Source: Schleiferiaceae bacterium
GTDB taxonomy: Bacteria > Bacteroidota > Bacteroidia > Flavobacteriales > Schleiferiaceae
Length of the DNA: 64,000 nucleotides
Direction of reading: 5' to 3'
NCBI GenBank assembly: GCA_963758205.1
Contig: CAVWUM010000002.1
Location: 899,613-963,612 of the forward strand
Part shown: positions 30,927 through 39,981 of the stretch, in pieces
Numbering within the stretch: position 1 is the stretch's first letter
Layout: each line of letters opens with the position of its first letter
The notes under the pieces: generated by a model
Told to the model about the DNA's origin: nothing
Database searches by the model: none
What the model saw: the letters and a program-made list of their open reading frames with translations, nothing else
Made by a program: the position numbers and the translations under genes

Positions 30927-33074
30927 ATGGATTCAATATTTCAAAACACCACTATGGTCATCATAATAGCTGTAGTGGTACTCGTACTGGGGCTATTAGC
31001 GATGATTTCGCGCTGGTACCACAAGGCCACCCAGGGCCAGGCATTGGTAAAAACCGGGGTTGGTGGCATTAAAGTTTCCTTTAATGGAATTGTGGTCATC
31101 CCCGTGCTGCACCGGCTGGAGGTAATGGACATTTCCCTTAACACCATCACCATCGACCGTAGAGGAAAGGATGGTTTGGTATGTAAGGACAACTTACGTG
31201 CGGACATCAATGTAGCCTTTTACGTAAGGGTAAACCAAATGGTGGATGACGTAAAAAAGGTAGCCCAATCGGTGGGTTGTAATCGTGCTTCTTCAAAAGA
31301 GGCGTTGCGCCTGCTGTTTGACGCTAAATTTTCTGAAGCCCTAAAAACCGTTGGTAAGAAGTTCGACTTTGTGGATCTCTACAACCAGCGTGATGAATTC
31401 CGTAAGGAAATAATTGACATTATCGGAACTGACCTGAACGGTTACATTCTGGATGATGCGGCCATTGACTTTCTGGAGCAAACCCCTCTTGACTCTTTAG
31501 ATCCGAATAATATTCTTGATGCCGAGGGTATTAAGAAGATTACTGAAATCACTGCCAAAGAATTGGTGAAGGCCAACTTCATACAGCGTGATAAGGAAAA
31601 AACCATTAAGCAACAGGACGTAGAAGCCCGTGAAGCAATTCTGGTTTTAGAACGTCAACTGGCGGAAAGTGAAGAGAAGCAGAAGCGTGAAATCGCCAAT
31701 GTGAAGGCTCGTGAAGAAGCTGAAACCGAAAAGGTAAATCAGGAGGAAAGATTAAAAGGAGAGCGTGCCCGAATTGCTACAGAAGAGGAAGTTCAGGTTG
31801 CTGAAGAAAATAAACTCCGCCAGATAATTGTTGCTGCCAAAAGCAAGGAGCGTACTGAGGCCGTGGAGACCGAGCGCGTGACAAAAGATCGTGACCTGGA
31901 AGCAACAGAGCGCGAAAAGATTGTAACACTGGCACAGATTGAAAAAGAAAAGTCTGTAGAAGTAGAGAAGAAAAACATCCAGGAAGTTATCCGCGAGCGT
32001 GTGGCTATTGAGAAAACGGTGGTGGATGAAGAAGAGAAGATTAAGGACACCCGTGCTTACGCAGAAGCCGACCGTAATAAAAAGGTAGCGGTAACCAAGG
32101 CTGAGGAAGATGCAGAATCTGCATTGGTACAGGAAATCAAGAAGGCGGAGGCTGGAAAACAAGCTGCGGAGTTTATTGCCAAGCAGCGCATTATTGATGC
32201 CGAGGCTGAGAAGCAAGCCTCTACTCAAAAGGCAGAAGCCATAAAAGTACTGGCCGAAGCTGAGGCTGCCAGGTTTGCAGCATCTGGTTTAGCAGAGGCC
32301 AAAGTAATGGAAGCCAAAGCGGAAGCTCGTGAGAAGCAGGGAGAAGCGGAAGCCTCTGTACTGGAAGATCAGGCCATGGCTGAAGCTAAGGGCATTGAAG
32401 CCAAATCTCAGGCACAAGCCGAGGCTGACCTTAAATTAGGTAACGCTGCCGCAGAAGTAGAGCGTGCCAAAGGACTGGCTGAAGCCGATGTTACCTTTAA
32501 GAAAGCTGAAGCTGACAAAGAGAAATTTGCAACAGAAGCTGATGGTATAGAGCGTAAGGCTGAGGCCATGAAAAAACTGGATGGTGTAGGAAAAGAGCAT
32601 GAAGAGTTTAAGCTCCGTCTCAACAAAGACCTTCAGGTTGATCTGGCTCAAATCAATATACAAAAAGCCATTGCTGACGCCCAGGCGGAAGTACTTAGCA
32701 ATGCATTGAAATCTGCGAAGATTGATATTGTAGGTGGTGAAAATGTGTTCTTTGATAAGATAGTAAGCTCTATTACCCAGGGTAAGGCCTTTGACCGTGC
32801 CGTAAATAATAGCGACACTTTTACACAGGTAAAAAACCAGCTGTTGGATAACTCTAACGGAAAGAATTTGCTGGATAAGGTGAAAGACCTCATCAAGGAT
32901 TCTGATGTGGATAGTGAGGATATTAAAAACCTCTCTATTACCGCGCTCATCGTTAAGATGATGAGCCAGACCCAGAACAAGGAGAAGAAGAACATGCTAC
33001 AGCAATTGTTGGATATAGCGCGTGGCTCCGGATTTGGCGATCGTTCGGCAGAGGATTTGGGATTGATTGAGTAA
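30927..33074 (+). CDS. Flotillin-family SPFH/band-7 protein with a long Glu/Ala/Lys-rich coiled coil (YqiK-like)
   Basis: An N-terminal TM plus SPFH domain, followed by about 400 aa of EA-rich heptad repeats and a C-terminal flotillin-like region. Confidence 0.8.
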   Translation: MDSIFQNTTMVIIIAVVVLVLGLLAMISRWYHKATQGQALVKTGVGGIKVSFNGIVVIPVLHRLEVMDISLNTITIDRRGKDGLVCKDNLRADINVAFYVRVNQMVDDVKKVAQSVGCNRASSKEALRLLFDAKFSEALKTVGKKFDFVDLYNQRDEFRKEIIDIIGTDLNGYILDDAAIDFLEQTPLDSLDPNNILDAEGIKKITEITAKELVKANFIQRDKEKTIKQQDVEAREAILVLERQLAESEEKQKREIANVKAREEAETEKVNQEERLKGERARIATEEEVQVAEENKLRQIIVAAKSKERTEAVETERVTKDRDLEATEREKIVTLAQIEKEKSVEVEKKNIQEVIRERVAIEKTVVDEEEKIKDTRAYAEADRNKKVAVTKAEEDAESALVQEIKKAEAGKQAAEFIAKQRIIDAEAEKQASTQKAEAIKVLAEAEAARFAASGLAEAKVMEAKAEAREKQGEAEASVLEDQAMAEAKGIEAKSQAQAEADLKLGNAAAEVERAKGLAEADVTFKKAEADKEKFATEADGIERKAEAMKKLDGVGKEHEEFKLRLNKDLQVDLAQINIQKAIADAQAEVLSNALKSAKIDIVGGENVFFDKIVSSITQGKAFDRAVNNSDTFTQVKNQLLDNSNGKNLLDKVKDLIKDSDVDSEDIKNLSITALIVKMMSQTQNKEKKNMLQQLLDIARGSGFGDRSAEDLGLIE

Positions 33075-33134
33075 CGATGGTACGCACCCGCCCGGATGAA
33101 CACCGTTCGGACGGGGATAACGCAGATTAGGCGG

Positions 33135-33680
33135 ATGAAAACGGATAAGCAGGAAATCAGGATAAGTAAGTTTTTAAGTCTGGTGCTAAGACACAAGCCC
33201 GAAACCATTGAATTGCGTTTGGATGCAAGTGGCTGGACCCATACTAACGAGTTGCTGGAAAAGCTGAACTCAAACGACTTTGAAATTTCCATTGAAGATC
33301 TGAAGCAGGTGGTCGCTAACAACGACAAAAAGAGGTTCCAGTTTTCAGAGGACTATTCCAAAATCAGGGCCAGCCAGGGCCACTCGCTAAAAGTAGATTT
33401 AGCCCTGGAGGAAAAAACTCCGCCTGACCTACTTTATCATGGAACGGCAGAGAAGAATCTTACTTCCATAAAAAAGCAAGGTCTGCTTAAGGGTCAAAGG
33501 CATCACGTTCATCTTTCATCTGATGCTGTAACCGCTCGCAGAGTGGGAATGAGGTATGGCAAACCTGTGGTATTAAAGGTGGATTCCAAACGGATGATGG
33601 AAGAAGGCGTTACGTTTTATCAATCCGCGAATGGTGTGTGGCTCGCAGAGCACGTGCAACCAGAATACCTAAATGAGTAA
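33135..33680 (+). CDS. kptA: RNA 2'-phosphotransferase KptA/Tpt1 (NAD+-dependent)
   Basis: The protein aligns end to end with E. coli KptA (SKFLSLVLRHKPE..., LYHGT, HVHLS). The start is the internal Met at 33135. Confidence 0.85.
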   Translation: MKTDKQEIRISKFLSLVLRHKPETIELRLDASGWTHTNELLEKLNSNDFEISIEDLKQVVANNDKKRFQFSEDYSKIRASQGHSLKVDLALEEKTPPDLLYHGTAEKNLTSIKKQGLLKGQRHHVHLSSDAVTARRVGMRYGKPVVLKVDSKRMMEEGVTFYQSANGVWLAEHVQPEYLNE

Positions 33681-33784
33681 ATATAAATAGATTGATCCAA
33701 GGCTCGGAGCAGGCGGTTTGTCGCCTAAGCGGTCTGCTCTGGATTTGGGTTTCAAACAATGAAATGCTATAATTAAATTCTTAC

Positions 33785-34940
33785 ATGCACATAGTAGAAC
33801 CGGCAAAAGTGTTTATATCATATTGCCATACAGACGAAGAATTAAAAAAGAAGTTTCTATCCCACTTAGCTTCCTTAAGACAGTTAGGGGTTATTAAAGA
33901 CTGGCACGATCGAAAGATTAGTGCAGGTGAAGAATGGGACGGAAATATTAAACAAGAACTCAGAAGATGCCGATATCATTATACTTCTTATCAGTTCTGA
34001 TTTTCTTAATTCTGAATATTGTAGAGAGGTTGAAATAAAAGAAGCTATGGAAAAGCACGAGCAAAAAAGTGCTATGGTTGTTCCTGTAATTCTAAGACCT
34101 TGCGATTGGAAAGATTTCCCTTTTGGCAAGTTACAAGGATTGCCCCAGAATGTTACTCCCATAACAAAATGGAAAAATGAGGATGAGGCATTTTTAGATG
34201 TAGTTGAAGGAATTAAAAAGCTACTTACGCCACTAACAGTTAAAACTGAAGACACCTCATCCAAATTTATTCACTTCCAGCAAGATACAGTATTGGTAAA
34301 ACTACCACGTGGATATGTAGTAATTCATGATATTGAATTTAATGAAGATTCGGGTTGGGCCGTAACAGCCCATCACTACCATTACGATTACGATTTATAT
34401 GGAGGGACTCATTTTCATGAAAGCTATCAAAGAACATGGGAAACTCTCGATGGAAAATATTATCAGTGTTTAAAACTAGGAATACCAAAAGGGGATTGGA
34501 ATTACGCCTTAGATTTTTTAAGTCTTATGGTGGAAATCAGGACACGAGATAAAGCCACCAACCTTGAAGACTTAATCGAACTTGAATCCACTGATGATCA
34601 TCTAACATATCATAAAAAAGGCACAAAGATTCTGACACCCACTACGCCTCAATCGTTTAAAAAAGACAACAAGACTGGAGATTTAAGAGATATTATTGCA
34701 GAACTTGAATTGAGCCCTTGGAAGAACTACGAACTTGAAACTCTGCATAAGGAATTTGAATCTTTAAGAAGAACTGCTCACTTGACTTCATACGATTTGT
34801 TGCAACCCGACCATCCGGCCCTCCAGTATGTCAAAGAAATAGCTGAAGATTATAAAAGAAGTTTTGACTTGGATAATCTAAAGAAATGGACAGAACGATT
34901 GAGTGATGCATTGTATGACGTGATTAAATATGTCAGATAA
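33785..34940 (+). pseudogene. TIR-domain protein with an unknown C-terminal domain of about 230 aa; the reading frame is broken by a +1 frameshift inside the TIR domain
   Basis: ORF A (33785..34000) encodes the TIR strand-A and helix-A region, KVFISYCHTDEE...DWHDRKISAGEEWDGNIKQEL. ORF B (33921..34940) continues the TIR domain in the +1 frame, EDADIIILLISSDFLNSEYCREVEIKEAMEKH...VPVILRPCDW. One extra base is present near 33962. Confidence 0.75.
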
Positions 34941-37900
34941 TACCTCTGAAGCGCAGCTAATGACCCAAATGAAAGAAAACAACCAAAACATAACCCTCGA
35001 ATCCGGCACTTACGAAATCATCCGTGACCGGCTGCTGAAACATGGGGGAGATCTGCGAAAGCGCATCAGTAGGCTAAATGAATCCCGTAAGGAGGTGTTT
35101 GGTTCTATTGAAACTCAACTGGTTTCCACCGAAAGGATTTCTACAGAAAACAACTGCATTGCTCGTGACATTGTGCCTTTGGGTCAGAACCGTTTTTTGT
35201 TTGGCTACAACGTACACATGGGGCTTAAAACCGAAACGCTGTTTTCTGATGTATTCAGCCTGTACACCTACAATCCAGAAGACCACACATTTCTGAAGGA
35301 AGAGCAAATCCCGTTTTTTGACAACGAAACTTTTCAGGTTGATTTTGCCAACCTTTACAAATATTACCGCGACACCCGCTTTGCGAAGTTTGCCGAAATA
35401 GGCCAGTTTATTTTTATGGTTTTCCAGGTGGGGAAAACGCCCAACGACATCAAAACCTTTAAGTGGGCCAAAACCGATGGCGGCCTGCAATACCTCAACA
35501 GCCGCAGCGATCATGAGTTTGTGTTCCCTGACCAGCACGAGTTCATATGGAAAAGAGCCACACGCGATATGCAGCGCAAGGGGCAACATCCGCACATCAG
35601 CGTTGAAGACAAAGTGTTTGTGGAAACCGTGGGTGGCGACCTCACCATAAAGGTGGAAGACAACACCGCAAGCGGCCGCGGCATTTATGCCGAAGAGGTG
35701 GACGACCCCGATCAGACACTGGATGATGCCGAGATTTTTTATGCCGTAATCGGTAACCTGGTGGTGCTTAAAATACTTCCCTATCAAGAAACGAAATACC
35801 GTTACATTGTTTTTAACCAGAAAATTCAGGAGGCCATTCGTGTAGATGCACTGGAGGATTCCTGTGTTTTGTTGCCTGACAGTCAGGGAATAATTTTCGC
35901 CAAAGGTTACTACATACAAACCGGGGAGTTTAAGTTGTTTGACAATCAACTGGAGGACATGCTCTTTGAAAAGCGAATCCCCTCCCCTAATGGTGAAGAT
36001 TTTCTGTATGTTTTTTACCAGAAGAAAACCGGCATTTATGCCCTCCTCCCCTACAATATCATCAACCAGGAGGTGGCCACGCCTATAATCTGTAGCGGTT
36101 ATTCCATTTTTGATGATGGTGAACTGATTTACTTCCGTGCAGAAGATGAGCAAAAGCGTCATCACAGTATCCAGATTTGGCAAACGCCTTTTTACTCGCC
36201 CAACAAAACCATTGAGGTAACCAACAGCTCCTACCTTTTTAAAATTGGAAATAAGGAAGTGGTGCGGGCTATGGCCGAGGCCAGTGAGTTGGTGAAGCTG
36301 ATTAATAAAGAGGACAACTACGCCAACCTTTATGTGGATTTGGTAAAGATGGCTACCGACCTGATGGATGCCTATCATTGGTTGAATCACCAGGAGGCCC
36401 AGCAATTGAAGGAACCTTTACAGGAGATAAAAAAATCGGCCTCTACGGCCATTGAGGAGTATGAAAAGGTAATCCGGATAAAGAAAAATACCCGCGAAAA
36501 AAGTGGCGAAATTACCGGACGGGCGGATGATATTATTTCTCGCGCCAAGCGCGGAACAGCCGCAACTATTGATGAATTTGTAGAGAGACTATCTCAACTG
36601 CGCACTTCAAAAGGAGAAATAATTTCGCTAAAGAAACTGCGCTACATCGATAACGATATTGTAGCTAAATATGAGAAGGAACTTTCGGAAATAACCGATT
36701 TGGTTTCTGAACGAACGGTGCATTTCCTGCTAAAGAAGGAAGCCCTGCAGCCATACCGGGATAAGGTAGAAAAGCTGAACAAGCAGCTGGAGAAGGTCAA
36801 GAAAGTGGTGGATGCCAATGAACTGGAAAAGGAAATTATAAAAGTTTCTGGTGAACTGGAGTTGCTGATTGACATTGTGAGCAACCTGAAAATTGAAGAT
36901 GCCACACAAACTACGCGTATTATTGATGGTATTTCGGGCATCTACTCTCAATTTAACCGCATAAACGCTGCGCTTAAAAAGAGGCGCAAGGAACTAATTG
37001 GCCAGGAAGGCGAAGCTGAGTTTAACTCTCAGCTAAAGTTAGTTAACCAGGGGTTGACCAACTATCTGGACATTTGCGATACGCCTGAAAAGTGCGAGGA
37101 GTACCTCAACAAACTGATGGTGCAACTGGAGGAACTGGAAGGCAAGTTTGCGGAGTTTGACAAGTTCTTGGTGAAAATCACCGAGAAGCGCGAGGAGGTT
37201 TATAATGCTTTTGAATCTAAAAAGGTGTACCTCACTGAGGCCAAAAACAAAAAGAGTCTGGCGCTGCAACAATCGGCAGAGCGTATAGTAAGTGGTATTC
37301 AAAAGCGCCTTTCGGGGATGGATTCCGTGCAGGAAATCAATTCTTACTACGCCTCTGACCTAATGGTGGACAAAGTGCGCGACCTCAGCAAGCAACTGCT
37401 GGAAATGGGCGATTCAGTGAAGGCCGATGACATCCAAAGCAAACTGAAAACGGCTTACGAAGAAGCCACCCGCCAACTGAAAGACAAGAAAGAACTGTTT
37501 GTGGATGGCGAGGATGTAATCCGCCTGGGCAAACACAGCTTTAACGTAAACACTCAGAACATTGACCTCTCGCTGGTCACCAGGGATGGGCAGATGTACT
37601 TTCACATTACCGGCACTAACTTTTTTGAGAAGGTGCTATCGGAGGAATTTTTGGCTACCAAAGAAGTTTGGGCGCAATCACTCGTAAGCGAGAATGAAAA
37701 AGTGTATAGAGCCGAATATCTGGCGTACAAGCTTTTCAGCAACAGCCTGAATTACCGCAAAAACGGTGATAAGGATTTGAAGTCGGCAGACGAGTTGCAC
37801 CAAATGAGCGACCAGGCTTTGCAAGGATATGTGCAGAGGAGGATGGCACTACGCTACGAAGAAGGCTACATTAAAGGTGTGCATGATAAGGATGGGATGC

Positions 37901-39918
37901 TGATTCTTAAAAACCTCAACAACTTATATCATAGCATTGGACTTTTGCGCTACCCTGCCCACAGCCGTGTGCTGGCCTACCTATACTGGCAATACCTTAT
38001 TGATGCTGAAGCCAAAAAAGAATGGCCAGAGCATTTCAGAAGCATAAGGAGTATTCTTAAGGTTTTTCCCAATAGCCGAAGTTTTGAAACCACCATTCGT
38101 GAACTAAAGGAAGAGCTGGAAAAAGCTTTGGCCGTAAACGGTGTGCAGCATGAATCCAACACAGCCGAGGCTGCGGAGTATCTTTTCCATTTCCTTACGG
38201 AAGAAAATGAGTTCATTTTTTCAATGGAAGCGTGGGAGCTCTCGGAGCATTTTCAGACTTTCCTGAAAAAGAACCGCTCCATGAAGGAGTTTGAGACCAG
38301 CTTAAAAGCCACAAACGGTCAGTATCTGGAAAAACTTGACATTATCAAAAACTGGCTAAAAAGCTATGTTCTTCACTCGGAAGCTGAAAGCGGTGAAGAA
38401 CTACAAGAGACGGAAGAGGCAGCTTTGATTCTGATGGATCGATCGGCACAAAACCCCACAGAACATCGTGTGGTACTGCATGCCGAAATTTCGGGTTTGC
38501 AAGGAGATCATTCTGTAGTAAAGGATGGAAAGTACCACCTGCATTACAATCATTTCATGGAAAAGCTTCAGCAGTTTGATCGCCAGCAGGTAATAGCTTA
38601 CCAGCGGTTTACTGAAATGAAAAAGCAACTGCTGGAGGGTGCCAGGCAGGAAATGAGGCTGAATGAATTCAAACCCCGGGTAATGAGTTCCTTTGTTCGC
38701 AACCAGCTTTTGGATGAAGTTTATTTACCTCTTATCGGGGATAACCTGGCCAAACAAATTGGCGCTGCCGGAGATAGCAAACGTACCGACCTTATGGGAA
38801 TGCTGTTGCTAATCTCCCCTCCCGGTTACGGTAAAACCACCTTAATGGAATACATCGCCAACCGCTTAGGATTGGTGTTTATGAAAATTAACGGACCAGC
38901 TATTGGACACGATGTCACCAACCTGGATCCGCAATCGGCAAGTAATTCCGCTGCACGCGAAGAGTTGCAAAAGCTAAACCTTGCTTTTGAATTGGGTGAT
39001 AACGTGATGATTTACGTGGACGACATTCAGCATTGTAATCCGGAGTTCTTACAAAAGTTTATTTCGCTGTGTGATGCTCAGCGTAAAGTCGAAGGGGTTT
39101 ACAAAGGTGTAAGTAAAACCTACGATTTGCGCGGTAAAAAAGTGGCTGTAGTAATGGCCGGAAACCCTTATACCGAAAGTGGAGAAAAATTTCAGGTGCC
39201 TGATATGCTGGCCAACCGCGCTGACATTTACAATCTGGGAGACATTATTGGCGGCAAAGCACGTGCCTTTGAATTGAGCTATTTGGAAAACAGCATTACT
39301 TCCAACTCTACCATGGCGCGCCTAAGTGGCAAGAGCCAGAAGGATATCATCACTTTAATAAAAGTAGCCGAAACCGGAAACCAGGAAGGGATTGAATTTG
39401 AAGCCAACCACAGCCCAGAGGAAATCAATGAGTACGTGAATCTCCTGAAAAAAATGATTCGCGTTCGTGACATTATCCTTAAGGTGAATGAGCAATACAT
39501 CCGCTCGGCAGGTATGTCGCCTGAGTTTAGAACGGAGCCATCCTTCCGTTTGCAAGGCTCCTACCGCGATATGAATAAAATTGTAGAGAAATTAAGCCCT
39601 GTGTTGAATGATAAGGAACTGGACACCATCATCCTGTCTCATTACGAAAATGAATCGCAGACCCTTACCAGTGGTGCAGAGTTTAACTTCCTAAAGTTTA
39701 AGGAAATGTTTGGAGCCATCAGCAAAGAAGAAGGGGAACGGAAGGCAGAAATCATTGACACCTTTAAGCGAAACCAAAAGCTCAAAGGCCTTGGAGGTAA
39801 TCAAATGGGCCATGTATTGGAGCAAATGGAATTAATTAGCCGGGGGTTGCAGGATATCGTTAAGGTTTTTCAAATGCCTGCACCTAAGGAAAAGGCGGAA
39901 GGGAAGGCAAAGGAGTAA
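34930..39918 (+). CDS. Giant 1,662-aa protein: an unknown N-terminal region of about 1,250 aa with coiled coils plus a C-terminal MoxR/AAA_5-type ATPase domain
   Basis: Walker A LLISPPGYGKTTL, Walker B VMIYVDDIQ, and sensor/Arg-finger region VVMAGNP...DMLANRAD as in MoxR/RavA AAA_5. Its start overlaps the TIR-gene stop by 11 nt. Confidence 0.7.
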   Translation: MSDNTSEAQLMTQMKENNQNITLESGTYEIIRDRLLKHGGDLRKRISRLNESRKEVFGSIETQLVSTERISTENNCIARDIVPLGQNRFLFGYNVHMGLKTETLFSDVFSLYTYNPEDHTFLKEEQIPFFDNETFQVDFANLYKYYRDTRFAKFAEIGQFIFMVFQVGKTPNDIKTFKWAKTDGGLQYLNSRSDHEFVFPDQHEFIWKRATRDMQRKGQHPHISVEDKVFVETVGGDLTIKVEDNTASGRGIYAEEVDDPDQTLDDAEIFYAVIGNLVVLKILPYQETKYRYIVFNQKIQEAIRVDALEDSCVLLPDSQGIIFAKGYYIQTGEFKLFDNQLEDMLFEKRIPSPNGEDFLYVFYQKKTGIYALLPYNIINQEVATPIICSGYSIFDDGELIYFRAEDEQKRHHSIQIWQTPFYSPNKTIEVTNSSYLFKIGNKEVVRAMAEASELVKLINKEDNYANLYVDLVKMATDLMDAYHWLNHQEAQQLKEPLQEIKKSASTAIEEYEKVIRIKKNTREKSGEITGRADDIISRAKRGTAATIDEFVERLSQLRTSKGEIISLKKLRYIDNDIVAKYEKELSEITDLVSERTVHFLLKKEALQPYRDKVEKLNKQLEKVKKVVDANELEKEIIKVSGELELLIDIVSNLKIEDATQTTRIIDGISGIYSQFNRINAALKKRRKELIGQEGEAEFNSQLKLVNQGLTNYLDICDTPEKCEEYLNKLMVQLEELEGKFAEFDKFLVKITEKREEVYNAFESKKVYLTEAKNKKSLALQQSAERIVSGIQKRLSGMDSVQEINSYYASDLMVDKVRDLSKQLLEMGDSVKADDIQSKLKTAYEEATRQLKDKKELFVDGEDVIRLGKHSFNVNTQNIDLSLVTRDGQMYFHITGTNFFEKVLSEEFLATKEVWAQSLVSENEKVYRAEYLAYKLFSNSLNYRKNGDKDLKSADELHQMSDQALQGYVQRRMALRYEEGYIKGVHDKDGMLILKNLNNLYHSIGLLRYPAHSRVLAYLYWQYLIDAEAKKEWPEHFRSIRSILKVFPNSRSFETTIRELKEELEKALAVNGVQHESNTAEAAEYLFHFLTEENEFIFSMEAWELSEHFQTFLKKNRSMKEFETSLKATNGQYLEKLDIIKNWLKSYVLHSEAESGEELQETEEAALILMDRSAQNPTEHRVVLHAEISGLQGDHSVVKDGKYHLHYNHFMEKLQQFDRQQVIAYQRFTEMKKQLLEGARQEMRLNEFKPRVMSSFVRNQLLDEVYLPLIGDNLAKQIGAAGDSKRTDLMGMLLLISPPGYGKTTLMEYIANRLGLVFMKINGPAIGHDVTNLDPQSASNSAAREELQKLNLAFELGDNVMIYVDDIQHCNPEFLQKFISLCDAQRKVEGVYKGVSKTYDLRGKKVAVVMAGNPYTESGEKFQVPDMLANRADIYNLGDIIGGKARAFELSYLENSITSNSTMARLSGKSQKDIITLIKVAETGNQEGIEFEANHSPEEINEYVNLLKKMIRVRDIILKVNEQYIRSAGMSPEFRTEPSFRLQGSYRDMNKIVEKLSPVLNDKELDTIILSHYENESQTLTSGAEFNFLKFKEMFGAISKEEGERKAEIIDTFKRNQKLKGLGGNQMGHVLEQMELISRGLQDIVKVFQMPAPKEKAEGKAKE

Positions 39919-39926
39919 AAACCAAA

Positions 39927-39958
39927 AAGTCCCCGAAAACTTCTGTTTTCGGGGACTT
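39927..39958. terminator. Bidirectional rho-independent terminator between convergent genes (stem aagtccccgaaaac/gttttcggggactt)
   Basis: A perfect 14-bp inverted repeat with a 4-nt loop, flanked by an A-run on one side and a T-run on the other. It lies between the stop at 39918 (+) and the stop at 39982 (-). Confidence 0.65.
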
Positions 39959-39981
39959 GTGGGATTACATAAAATAAACTG

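Noticed and set aside
31680-32560. Possible tandem DNA repeats in the flotillin gene
   Set aside because: The periodicity is at the protein heptad level (E/A/K), not exact nucleotide repeats, so it is a coiled-coil-encoding low-complexity region rather than a repeat element or CRISPR.
31752-33328. Low-complexity minus-strand and plus-strand ORFs (Ser/Leu/Phe-rich) overlapping the flotillin coiled coil and kptA start
   Set aside because: They are artefacts of the GAA/GCT-rich repeat coding for the EA-rich coiled coil and are not independent genes.
33785-34000. The 71-aa ORF treated as a stand-alone small TIR-like protein
   Set aside because: It contains only the first strand and helix of a TIR fold, and the remainder follows in the +1 frame. 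It is therefore interpreted as one frameshifted gene.
35074-36405. A 443-aa minus-strand ORF antisense to the giant ATPase gene
   Set aside because: It has no recognisable motifs and its composition is dictated by the sense strand. The sense ORF is continuous with clear AAA_5 motifs, so this is treated as a shadow ORF.
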